From positions 256,001 through 320,000 of the forward strand of contig CAVUVW010000013.1 of assembly GCA_963745035.1 (NCBI GenBank): 64,000 nucleotides of DNA. Direction: 5' to 3'. The stretch comes from an uncultured delta proteobacterium. GTDB lineage: Bacteria; Desulfobacterota; Binatia; UBA9968. Under the pieces are notes generated by a model. It saw only the letters and a program-made list of their open reading frames with translations. It had not been told where the DNA came from and made no database searches. Made by a program: the position numbers and the translations under genes. Position 1 is the stretch's first letter. Every line of letters starts with the position of its first letter. Shown piece after piece: positions 63,771 through 64,000 of the stretch.

Positions 63771-64000
63771 TTAAAGCTGCAGATGGCTGCCGCCGGTGAT
63801 CAAGATATTGCTGCCGGTGAGCATAGCGGCCTCGTCGCCGGCCAAAAACGCGATGGCGCCGGCCACGTCCTCGGGATAGAGGTGCTTTTTCAGCGGCCGC
63901 GTCTCTTTGACCCTTTCTCGATAAGCTTCGGGCATGATCATCGACGCATCCGTCAGGGTAAACGCCGGCGTGACGACGTTGACGGCGATGCCCAACGGCC
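63771..64000 (-). CDS. C-terminal part of a short-chain dehydrogenase/reductase
   Basis: GIAVNVVTP..T.T, PEDVAGAIAFLA, TG..I...GG. Confidence 0.85.
   Translation of the reverse strand, partial: PLGIAVNVVTPAFTLTDASMIMPEAYRERVKETRPLKKHLYPEDVAGAIAFLAGDEAAMLTGSNILITGGSHLQL

Overview
64 kb of GC-rich bacterial chromosome. The many orphan TctC/ABC substrate-binding proteins, CoA transferases and amidohydrolases, plus a deltaproteobacterial-type nuo operon, suggest Candidatus Binatia/Binatota or a relative (inference). Many conserved genes carry 1-bp indels, densest at about 43.8-54.1 kb and 59.9-62.7 kb, most likely long-read consensus errors. Content: a BoxB/PaaI-like gene start with a perfect operator palindrome, ptsP, DedA/cls, an M16 protease pair, catabolic clusters, two alkylbase glycosylases and a complex I operon. 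No rRNA, tRNA, CRISPR array, integrase or transposase was seen. Most notable: (1) a compact module of retropepsin-like protease, PD-(D/E)xK nuclease-NDT fusion and HAD deoxyribonucleotidase next to mpg, a candidate undescribed defence or nucleotide-damage system; (2) intergenic hairpins made of tandem heptamers, with a conserved architecture but several different units; (3) a nuo operon cleanly lacking nuoB and nuoI, with a terminator-like hairpin just before nuoA; (4) an SDR/FAD-oxidoreductase/heme-oxygenase-like diiron enzyme/methyltransferase cluster; (5) several leaderless promoters.
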